A DNA stretch of 64,000 nt from contig LSRY02000075.1 in assembly GCA_001643675.2 (NCBI GenBank), forward strand, positions 1 to 64,000, read 5' to 3'. Origin of the DNA: Monocercomonoides exilis PA203 (Eukaryota; Protista; Preaxostyla). The notes below the pieces were generated by a model. The model ran no database searches, was not told where the DNA came from, and saw nothing but the letters and a program-made list of their open reading frames with translations. Position 1 is the stretch's first letter, and the number at the start of each line of letters is the position of its first letter. Positions 53,011 through 62,504 of the stretch are shown in pieces. Made by a program: the position numbers and the translations under genes.

Positions 53011-55841
53011 TGAGGAGATCAGAACAGAACAGAGGAGAGCAGGATAATGAAATAAAAAAATCAGACAAGAGGAGTTGAGCATTCATTGGAAAACTTTGAA
53101 TGTGTTCAACATTTTTGAACAGCACAGAAATAGAGTTGGTTTTGAACAGAAAAAAGAAAAAGATAATGAAAAATGAAAAAGAAAAAGAAACCCTGGTGCA
53201 GATAACACAATGGCCATTGGAGGACGAGTGAAGCCAGAAGGCTTCTCTGAACCCGTGGGAGCAATGATTGGTTGTTGCCCATTGTGTTGTGGATGCTTGT
53301 CCAGGTGCATGGTGCATGGTGCATGCTGGGAAAAGCGGCAATGCCCACATGGCCGAACTCTGATCAGCACAGCATCGCTTCAGACAAAACATTTCATATT
53401 CCATTTTCAGTTGTTGTTGGAATAATTTTATTTATTTTATGTGTGTATTTTTGTATGGTTGTATCCATCTTCACAATATGAAGCATTTGCAGGATGGGGC
53501 AAGAACTGCCCAGTTGCTGCTGTTTCATTTCCTCTCTTTATTTTTTTTTTTTTTTTTTTTCATTTCAAAGAAAAACAAGAAGAAAACTCGATATTCAGCA
53601 TCTGTAAAAGCAGTCGAAGTCATTCATGATTTTGTGGTGCTTTGTGGCTGGAGTGCCCATTGACCACGAAAGAAGCACGGGGAGGGCAAAAGACTTGGAC
53701 GTATTTGCTGGAGAGCTGTTGTTCTGCTGTTCGGGTGCTGTCAGCCAAGTCTGTTTCTGAGTAGCCGGGCAAGGCTCAACACATCCCCACAAAAGTTGGG
53801 AAAGATATTTTCTGCATCTTGTCTCCTCCTGATGAATGGCAAGCATCAGTCATCCAACTGCTTCAAATGCAGTTCCAATCAAGAATGCAATCGAATTAAC
53901 ATGAGAAAGAAAGAAATGCTCTTTTATTGGCATTTCTTCTTCTTTTTTTTTTTCCAGCTGAGAGAGGACATTCTTTTTCCAGTGCAGGAAAACATCTTGT
54001 TGTTTGTGCCATTGCACACACACACACACATACACATTATTGTGAGTTGTTGAATCTGTGGTTGAGTGTGTTTGCCTCCATGAGCTTCCCGTCAAAGGCC
54101 ACTGAGCATGAGAATAGCAGATGAAGGTGAATGATTGCTGTTGTTTGTTGATTTTGTGGGAGTTGCATCTCTAACACAATGGAACAAATACTCATGGCCA
54201 AGCAAAATTAGCACATATAGGGTGGTCCATATTTCTTTGCAAAAATAATAAAAAATGGGAAATAAAAAATAAAAATATCAAAAAATATTCGATAAAACTG
54301 AATTTTGTTCGTCAATCGGTTTGTGAGCTGATCAAATACATGATAAGCTTCAATTTGTTAAAGTTTGGAGCTTCCAGATATTCGAACAATTCGTTCCTGG
54401 AATACAAAAATTTTTCTAATAATTTCAACAGATATGATTTTTCAATGGTTTGATAGTTGGAAAAGGTGATTGCAATTTGTAACGACTCATAAATGTGATT
54501 ATTATTATGAAAAATGTTTTTTAATAAAATTTTAATACCATATTTAATAATTTAAACAAAATATTTTGGACCACCCTATACTACAAATATGAATCGAATT
54601 ATTCAGGATTTGTGATGGTTCCCAATGGTATTGATTTTTGTTCCAATTTCTTTTATCGCTTCTGAGGAAAAAATAAACATTGGCAAAATTTTGTTATTCC
54701 ATTTCTTCAACTGAAGAGACAATTTGACAAAGCGTTTTCAATGTGGGATAAGAACATCTTCCTCAACAGTCAATGTGTTTGTTATAATGTCATAGCATTA
54801 ATTGGCTGAAAAATGTTCTTCCAATGACAGCATTTGTCAGTGGAAACACATTCAAAAAACACCACATTTTGCCACATATGCCCACAACAAGGAAGTGCAG
54901 TTGAACTTCGATCTCAACTGTTTGAGGGCAATCACCAACATATGTGAGCAATACTTTTATTTGTCTTCTTTATTCATTGGGGTCCTTGTTCTTATTTATT
55001 TTGTTTATTCAAATCATTTCAAACAATAAAATAAAATATTTTTTTTTTAAATTATTTGTGATTTTTAATAAAAGCTGAACTTCGACAAAAATTTTTTATT
55101 TTCAAAAAAAAAAAAAAAAAAAACGAAAATACCTCTTTTGAAGAAATAACTCAAAATTTTCCACTCTTTGTTTTTTGATGATGATTTTCTTGTTTTTTTT
55201 TCGAAGAACGTCTGAGGCAAAAACATAGCACTTCAATCATTTTCTTCAAAATTAACTGCACCATTCATGAACTTTTTGGTTAATTTACAATAAATAAAAA
55301 ATACCCGTTTGATGGATTGGTTTTTTTATAAAAAATATATAATGAATGAGACAAATCAACAAAATTACTGCATCAATGGTGTTTTCAAACAAATGAGACA
55401 AATTTTGATTGATTCACTGCAATTTGTAGGTGTTGCTATTTTATTGAAGGAAATGACACGTTTATGCATCAAGAAAAGAAGCTTGAAAATCCAATTCCTT
55501 TTTCAACATATTTGTTGTTGTGTTTTTCTTTTTCACACTGATCTTTGTTATTCTTCGCTTGATTCTTTTCATGTTTGGTGATTGTTTTTGAAATCATAAC
55601 TGTTTTCGGAATGTGGATAATTTGTTCTATCTCTTTTATGATGAGCACCTTTTTTTTTTGAATTCTAAATATTCAATTCACTGAATTCAGAGTTGCAAGA
55701 AACAAACAAACAAGTGTTCAACAAACTCCACAAAGTTTTGCATTTCCTTCAGGGAAAGAAACATTTGTGAAATATCATCAGACAATTATTGATTGAAATT
55801 TTTCTGATTGAACAATAATGATTATAACTATATTTGACAAT
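52718..55841 (+). repeat. Palindrome P2, left arm (the part whose mirror lies inside the window)
   Basis: Mirror ORF pairs 52726..53010/63708..63992, 54802..55029/61694..61921 and 55309..55581/61142..61414. Confidence 0.96.
54218..54578. mobile_element. MITE, Tc1/mariner-type (361 bp; TIR TAGGGTGGTCCA; TA target duplication)
   Basis: ta|TAGGGTGGTCCAtatt...aatatttTGGACCACCCTA|ta. Absent from the homologous P1 site (tagcacacacaaaaaatatgg, ~3641-3661). Confidence 0.9.
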
Positions 55842-56230
55842 ATCATCATTTGTGTTTTGAAAATTCAAAAACACTTCTTCCCACTTCATTTTTCTTTTTT
55901 TGATTCAAATTCCAATTCATTATATCTGTAAGTATCTTCATTTTTTAATATCATTTTTTCATAACTTTTCAAAGAAAACAATGATTGAAATTTCAGTCAA
56001 TTCTTTTTGAAAAATAAATTATAAACCTGAATATCACACATTTCAATCTGCAAAAAGAAAAATTGTTAAACCACACTTTGGAAGAACAAATAATCAGTAT
56101 CATCCAAAAAAATGAAGCAAAAAAATTAAGAAATTATTCCAAAAATCAAAGCCATATCCATGAATTTTTGAATTTGGAATTTTAATCAAAAAAAGAAAAA
56201 TGAAGTGGAGAGAATTGAAAGAGAAAATGG

Positions 56231-56299
56231 TTATTTCACTTCCTTCTCTTATATTTTTGAGAGCGCCACGTTATGGGTCAGTCACCCAGCTGATCAAAA
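56231..56299. repeat. DIRS 3' inverted terminal repeat
   Basis: ttatttcacttccttctcttatatttttgagagcgccacgttatgggtcagtcac..gctgatcaaaa is the reverse complement of 60746-60815 with few mismatches. Confidence 0.93.
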
Positions 56300-56550
56300 T
56301 GGCACTTAATGAAATGGTGAACAAACGTGCAAATGGGAAAATATAAAGAATTGAAACTTGGCAAATTGAAAATTATAACAAATGCAGTGAAAACACATGT
56401 TAGAAACAAGAAAGGTATTATTTAATAAATTTGAATGTTTTGAAATATAAACTTTAAAGAGAAGGTATTATTAGTGTTTAATTTTCACATCATTGTTATT
56501 CAGCAATGATTGATTCATAAGGGGATGTGATGTCTAAGTTGTGGAGGGAG

Positions 56551-56658
56551 TAAGAGAAGGAAGTGAAATAACCATTTTCTCTTTCAATCAAAACACAAGC
56601 GTTTTGATTACATAGAAAACATTTATTTCACTTCCTTCTCTTATATTTTTGAGAGCGC
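56551..56658. repeat. DIRS internal complementary region (ICR)
   Basis: 56551-56588 is the reverse complement of the element end 56214-56251, and 56585-56658 is the reverse complement of the other end 60780-60853. The two halves overlap at caat. Confidence 0.93.
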
Positions 56659-56687
56659 AGATAATTGGGAAGGTTTGATAATGTTAA

Positions 56688-58409
56688 TCAGCTTGAACTT
56701 GAATCCTTTTCTTCGTGTTGTTTCTTTTCCAATTCTTTTCTTCTTTGAGATCTTGTTCGGATAATGAATTCAATCTTAGCCTCGCTGATAACTGTCTGTA
56801 CAGTATTGTTTTCTTCGGTGTCCTCTGGTTCCTCAACTTTATCTGAGTATGCAAATATTGCTTGTTGTTTTTGATCTCCGCTTTTACATATTTTCTTTGT
56901 TGGTGTTTGTTCCTCGGATTTTGAACTGGAATTTGTTTCGGAATCGGATTCCGCCTCAGAATCTGAATCGGATTCTGACTCAAGCCCACTTTCTTCAGGT
57001 GGAAGAATAGTTGAATTGCCTCTTGCTATCACGTGGGCCAGCTTGCTTGACACATCTGATCGGACGTAATGCTTTGTGATAGTGTTGCTTCTAGGAGAGA
57101 GTCTGGCAAACTTAGCAATTTGGGCTAAGGGAATTCCTGCCATCGGTAGCGCAGTGATAGACGCATGTTTCAATGAGTAAGGCCCGAAACACCTCGGAAT
57201 CCCGGCATCCTGTAACATTTCAGCTGCATAGTTACGAATCCTTCTTGCAGAAAGTGTTAGATGAGTTTTCTCATCAATGAATAGTGAAGTTGCATTTGGC
57301 TGAGATTCTTTGATTCTGTTCCAAAGTTCCTTTACGGAAGCTGCTGGGCACACAAGCGGCTGTTCTTTTAGAAACGGGATGATAATATCTGTCCGTTCTG
57401 TCGATGTTTTTAATGATGAATCAAGTTTTATTTCATCGTCTCCAATTGTTGAATTATGGAGGTTAATCCTTTCCAACTCCGTAAAGCGACAGGCGGAGAA
57501 CAACATACATGTGCAAATAACCTTTTTTGTCAATTCGTGAAAATCAAGGTTCCTGTTCTCACCTAATGATGTTATTTTCAGCAGTAGGAGTTGTGGGTTC
57601 CAGATGTCTGGTTTGTCTCTTTTCTTCCTGTTTTCTGATCTTCTGAATGATTTTAATAGCCTTTGCATGAGAGCAGATTCTCCAAGGCCTCTTTTGTACA
57701 GTAATTCTGAGATAAGAGAAAATGCGGCACATGTTTGTTTGAGCGTCGAAGCTTTCGTCCCTTTGTCCTTCAGGCTTATGAAGATGTGAGCACATTTTTC
57801 AACCCAGGTACTCCAAGCTTCCGGTGGGTCTCCATTTCGATTATCTTCCCATATTTCACTGAAACGTGCATAACTATATGAATATCCTTTCCATGTGTTT
57901 TCAGCAACGCTATTTTTGCATTCATCGATTACCCTTTCGGAATATCCCTTTGAAAGAAGCATTCTCCGAAACCATTCTTCTCCTTGTGATACTAAGGATT
58001 GATTAGGACTATTCTCATTCTGCCTGGTGGTAGACTTGCTTCCATCCGTTTCATCCATCTTCCTTCCTTCAAAACCTGGTTCAGTTCTTTCCATCTCCAT
58101 TCGCAGTGTCTCGACATTCTTATCAGTGGTTCCCATATCTGCCCTCTCCAATCTGGCATCAGAAGAAGAACATGTGCATTTTCCTCTATTGATTTCACAA
58201 TCGTTGGAACTATTGACGGAATCGGAGGATAGGCTAAAATAACGCCTCTTTGCCATGATTGCTGGAGTCCGTCTTCGTTTAGCGTGCTTCCTGGACCGCA
58301 CCATCTGTCCGCTTTCGTGTTCTCGTTCGTTGCGAACGCATCCAACGTTATTATGAGATTGAGGTTTTCGGTGATCTCGTTTAGCTCTTCTTGTTTTATG
58401 GAGTAATCT
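56688..58409 (-). CDS. DIRS tyrosine recombinase ORF (fused to RT-RH in the ORF track only because of the frameshift at 58410-58414)
   Basis: FSACRFTEL (catalytic R, 57486-57488), LKT, VCPAAS, PYSLKHASITAL (HxxRH position, 57165-57182) and KHY (Tyr, 57066-57068). Acidic/Ser tail; TGA at 56688. Confidence 0.88.
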   Translation of the reverse strand, partial: RLLHKTRRAKRDHRKPQSHNNVGCVRNEREHESGQMVRSRKHAKRRRTPAIMAKRRYFSLSSDSVNSSNDCEINRGKCTCSSSDARLERADMGTTDKNVETLRMEMERTEPGFEGRKMDETDGSKSTTRQNENSPNQSLVSQGEEWFRRMLLSKGYSERVIDECKNSVAENTWKGYSYSYARFSEIWEDNRNGDPPEAWSTWVEKCAHIFISLKDKGTKASTLKQTCAAFSLISELLYKRGLGESALMQRLLKSFRRSENRKKRDKPDIWNPQLLLLKITSLGENRNLDFHELTKKVICTCMLFSACRFTELERINLHNSTIGDDEIKLDSSLKTSTERTDIIIPFLKEQPLVCPAASVKELWNRIKESQPNATSLFIDEKTHLTLSARRIRNYAAEMLQDAGIPRCFGPYSLKHASITALPMAGIPLAQIAKFARLSPRSNTITKHYVRSDVSSKLAHVIARGNSTILPPEESGLESESDSDSEAESDSETNSSSKSEEQTPTKKICKSGDQKQQAIFAYSDKVEEPEDTEENNTVQTVISEAKIEFIIRTRSQRRKELEKKQHEEKDSSSS

Positions 58410-60089
58410 CCCCCTTTCTAGCCTGGATAGAGCATCTGCTCTGACATTCTTCATCCCTGGCAAGTGTTGGGCTTTTATCTGAATGTGATTGTTCTTAACA
58501 AATGTCCACATTTTCATCAGCAACTTCCTGAGGTTTGTTCCTGCATTCCATCGATTGATATTGAAGACCGCTGTTGTTTTGTCTGATCTGATTAGCAAGC
58601 TGCAGACTTTGTTCGCTTGAAGAAGGTATCTGAAATGATTGAGTGCTCGATTGATTGCATATAATTCCCTGAAATTCGAGCTCTGGCCTTTCATCTTCCC
58701 TGGAAGCGATTGATGGAAATCGTATTTCTTGTTGTTCATCAATAGAAAAGCTCCCACGGCTCTCTCTGATGCATCTGTCGTCAAGGTTGCTTGTGGTTGG
58801 AATATTGGACAAATCTGTCTCGGTTTGTTCGCATTCAGTCTCGATATCCATTTTTGAATGCTCGGAAGGATTGATGGGTTGATTCTCATCCTTCCTTTCC
58901 ACCCCACTTTTTTGACCATTCTGTTCAGCAGCATGTACATTGATGGAAGAAGGAGTGAAGCTTCCTTGAAAACGAAGCGAGTTGCACTAAGCTTTCCAAT
59001 GAACGACGCGAAATCTCTCACTCTTGTTTGCTTGCATTTCAGTGCTCGGCGCCTCCATCTGTAACATTCTGTGAGCAATTCTTTCTTTCTGTCTTTCTCC
59101 AGAGTTACGGTGAAGTTGGAAGTGTCCCATGAATATCCGAGGAATGAAAAACGATTTGATGGTTCTGTGTGGCTCTTTTCCAGGTTTACAATTAGTCCAA
59201 GCTTTTGAAATAGACTTATAACTTCTTGTGCGATTCTCTTTAGTTCTTGCTTGTCTTGATGGAGCAAGACAATGTCGTCTAAATATGCGACAGCTTTCAC
59301 CTTCCATCTTTCCCGAATGAACGAAATGACCTTTCTCATAACTTTTGTGAATATTCTTGGAGAGTCCTTGTAACCGAAAGGCATGCTGGTGAAGCAATAA
59401 AATTCTTTGTTGAATTCGAAGCTTAGAAAAGGAGTGAAATCCTCTGAGACCTTGATGAGGTAGTAAGCTTGGCTTAAATCCAGTGTAACTGCGAAATCCC
59501 CATTCTTTATAATTCTTTCCACAGATCGATGATCCTCTTGTTTGAAGTGAATTGTTTTTATCGTATTGTTTAACCTCCTGCAATCCACAATCTGTCTCCA
59601 GCTCCCATTTTTTTTCCTGACAACAAATATTGGATTGAGAAATTTCACTTCGTTTTTGGTGGTTTTCCTGAGAATTCCAGTTTTCACTTGAACTTTGATT
59701 AACTCCGCCAAGGCTTCCCTTGCTTCTTGTGATTGCTTCGGTCTCCTGCAATTTACCTGAGAGTTGATAAGGGTTTTACGAGCTTTGGAACTCCTCCAAA
59801 CCGGAACTACTCCTCTTTTGATCATCTTTTCTCCTCCCACAATTTTCCATGCATCGGAAAATAACGCTGTTCTTCCACCAATTGTGAGGTTGTGTTCTAT
59901 TGAGACTTTGCTTTGTCCCCGGAACTCCCTCTTGAGTAATTTCTTGGAGCGCTGCTTGTGATGAATGATCGTTTTGTGCTGGGCGTCCGGGGCCAATCTC
60001 GAAAAAACCGATAATTCTTTGTTCCACTTTGAAATCCCCTGGTTTGTTTCTTCCTTGTATATAAATTTGTGATACTTGCAGACCCCCAT
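57992..60089 (-). CDS. DIRS pol: reverse transcriptase - RNase H - Dam-like adenine methyltransferase, with one frameshift at the C5 run 58410-58414
   Basis: RT: IFVVRKKNGSWRQIVDCRRLN, LDLSQAYY, MPFGYKDSP, AYLDD (59274-59285), FLG. RNase H: TTDAS, NFRELYA, HLPGMKNVRADALSRL. The shifted frame continues DYSIKQEEL..LDAFATNENTK..AYPPIP..MPDWRGQIW..LPPG to TAG at 57992. Confidence 0.92.
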
Positions 60090-60739
60090 CTTTGTTTCGT
60101 GGATATCTTCTTCGATTCTTCTAAAATTTCTTTTTGTCTTTGAGTTAACAGCGATGATGAGAACTTGTCTTTCATTTTTTCTGATTCAGAAAATCCATAT
60201 CTTGCTTGTATTCTAACGTGTCTAACTTCTTTCAGTGCCTGGGCTAAAAGTAAACATGAATCTGCTATCATTTCTTTCGTCGTATCTCCTGACTTGATTG
60301 TTGAACATGCCGAGATAAGTAACTTTATTGCTGGATAAAGATATGTTTCCGTCCTTTCCCCCGCACGATCGAGCGCGTCTTTCCATTATTCTTTGGATCT
60401 TGTAAATGGTGGAGGAGCATTCTGGATAAAAGGAATCAAATCTTTATCTTTAAAAAATGATTAAGTTTTGTTAATTTTATTCTCTGGTGGATGCATATCA
60501 TGAAATGAAATTTCTTGTGGCTGTCCAAATATTTCCATGAAAGCTTGCTGCAATGAAGACTCTCCTTCATCTTCTTCAATTCGTGTTAAATCTGTCCTGC
60601 CATCAAGTGCAGACTGAAAGATTTATTGGGAAGCGGAATAACTCCCTGCTATTGAAGGAATTGCACTCGGAGGGCCGCCAGTCAGCGGAGCTGCGCAAGG
60701 TTCGGTCGCGAGTCCGGTTCCCACGCAGATGGTCGACAT
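59897..60739 (-). pseudogene. DIRS ORF1 (gag-like), 281 codons with three in-frame TAA
   Basis: ATG at 60739, just inside the 5' ITR. A single frame runs to TAG at 59897, interrupted only by TAA at 60623-25, 60461-63 and 60386-88. It overlaps the start of pol, as in DIRS elements. Confidence 0.75.
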
Positions 60740-60745
60740 GTTTTC

Positions 60746-60853
60746 TTTTGATCAGCGATCGTGACTGACCCATAACGTGGCGCTCTCAAAAATTTAAGAG
60801 AAGGAAGTGAAATAAATGTTTTCTCTGTAATCAAAACGCTTGTGTTTTGATTG
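60746..60853. repeat. DIRS 5' inverted terminal repeat (60746-60815) plus terminal extension with a hairpin (60829-60852)
   Basis: Reverse complement of 56231-56299 and of the ICR half 56585-56658; hairpin aatcaaaac-gcttgt-gttttgatt. Confidence 0.92.
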
Positions 60854-62143
60854 TTCATGAATTTTTAAGACAAATAATGACATTGTCAAATATAGTTATA
60901 ATCATTATTGTTCAATCAGAAAAATTTCAATCAATAATTGTCTGATGATATTTCACAAATGTTTCTTTCCCTGAAGGAAATGCAAAACTTTGTGGAGTTT
61001 GTTGAACACTTGTTTGTTTGTTTCTTGCAACTATGAATTCAGTGAATTGAATATTTAGAATTCAAAAAAAAAAGGTGCTCATCATAAAAGAGATAGAACA
61101 AATTATCCACATTCCGAAAACAGTTATGATTTCAAAAACAATCACCAAACATGAAAAGAATCAAGCGAAGAATAACAAAGATCAGTGTGAAAAAGAAAAA
61201 CACAACAACAAATATGTTGAAAAAGGAATTGGATTTTCAAGCTTCTTTTCTTGATGCATAAACGTGTCATTTCCTTCAATAAAATGGCAACACCAACAAA
61301 TTGCAGTGAATCAATCAAATTTTGTCCCATTTGTTTGAAAACACCATTGATGCAGTAATTTTGTTGATTTGTCTCATTCATTATATATTTTTTATAAAAA
61401 AACCAATCCATCAAACGGGTATTTTTTATTTATTGTAAATTAACCAAAAAGTTCATGAATGGTGCAGTTAATTTTGAAGAAAATGATTGAAGTGCTATGT
61501 TTTTGCCTCAGACGTTCTTCGAAAAAAAAACAAGAAAATCATCATCAAAAAACAAAGAGTGGAAAATTTTGAGTTATTTCTTCAAAAGAGGTATTTTCGT
61601 TTTTTTTTTTTTTTTTTTTGAAAATAAAAAATTTTTGTCGAAGTTCAGCTTTTATTAAAAATCACAAATAATTTAAAAAAAAAATATTTTATTTTATTGT
61701 TTGAAATGATTTGAATAAACAAAATAAATAAGAACAAGGACCCCAATGAATAAAGAAGACAAATAAAAGTATTGCTCACATATGTTGGTGATTGCCCTCA
61801 AACAGTTGAGATCGAAGTTCAACTGCACTTCCTTGTTGTGGGCATATGTGGCAAAATGTGGTGTTTTTTGAATGTGTTTCCACTGACAAATGCTGTCATT
61901 GGAAGAACATTTTTCAGCCAATTAATGCTATGACATTATAACAAACACATTGACTGTTGAGGAAGATGTTCTTATCCCACATTGAAAACGCTTTGTCAAA
62001 TTGTCTCTTCAGTTGAAGAAATAGAATAACAAAATTTTGCCAATGTTTATTTTTCCTCAGAAGCGATAAAAGAAATTGGAACAAAAATCAATACCATTGG
62101 GAACCATCACAAATCCTGAATAATTCGATTCATATTTGTAGTA

Positions 62144-62504
62144 TAGGGTGGTCCAAAATATTTTGTTTAAATTATTAAATATGGTATTAAAATTTTATTA
62201 AAAAACATTTTTCATAATAATAATCACATTTATGAGTCGTTACAAATTGCAATCACCTTTTCCAACTATCAAACCATTGAAAAATCATATCTGTTGAAAT
62301 TATTAGAAAAATTTTTGTATTCCAGGAACGAATTGTTCGAATATCTGGAAGCTCCAAACTTTAACAAATTGAAGCTTATCATGTATTTGATCAGCTCACA
62401 AACCGATTGACGAACAAAATTCAGTTTTATCGAATATTTTTTGATATTTTTATTTTTTATTTCCCATTTTTTATTATTTTTGCAAAGAAATATGGACCAC
62501 CCTA
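62144..62504. mobile_element. Mirror copy of the 361-bp MITE in the right arm of P2
   Basis: Same TIRs and TA duplication (62142-43, 62505-06); the coordinate sum with 54218-54578 is 116722 at both ends. Confidence 0.9.

Larger units (their letters stand above)
56214..60853 (-). mobile_element. Full-length DIRS-type tyrosine-recombinase retrotransposon (4640 bp including the ATTG at each end)
   Basis: gag-like, RT, RNase H, MT and YR coding regions. Inverted terminal repeats at 56231-56299 and 60746-60815, internal complementary region at 56551-56658. The flanks rejoin to match the empty site at 5270-5320. Confidence 0.95.

Noticed and set aside
5219-55841. One giant transposon (Polinton-like) bounded by the long inverted repeats
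   Set aside because: No polymerase, integrase, capsid or ATPase genes inside; the repeats are gene tails that continue as palindromes outward.
56688-60089. A natural 1133-aa RT-RNase H-tyrosine recombinase fusion protein
   Set aside because: The junction sits in a homopolymer. The shifted frame gives the expected SRL..(G)DY..DAFA methyltransferase continuation, so the fusion results from one indel.
58495-60739. Alternative genetic code (TAA/TAG = Gln, as in Streblomastix), suggested by six TAR-only stops in the DIRS
   Set aside because: The 1133-codon pol/YR path and the multi-thousand-codon host genes, including poly-Gln tracts, contain no TAR, and gag and MT end at TAG. Nonsense decay is the simpler explanation.
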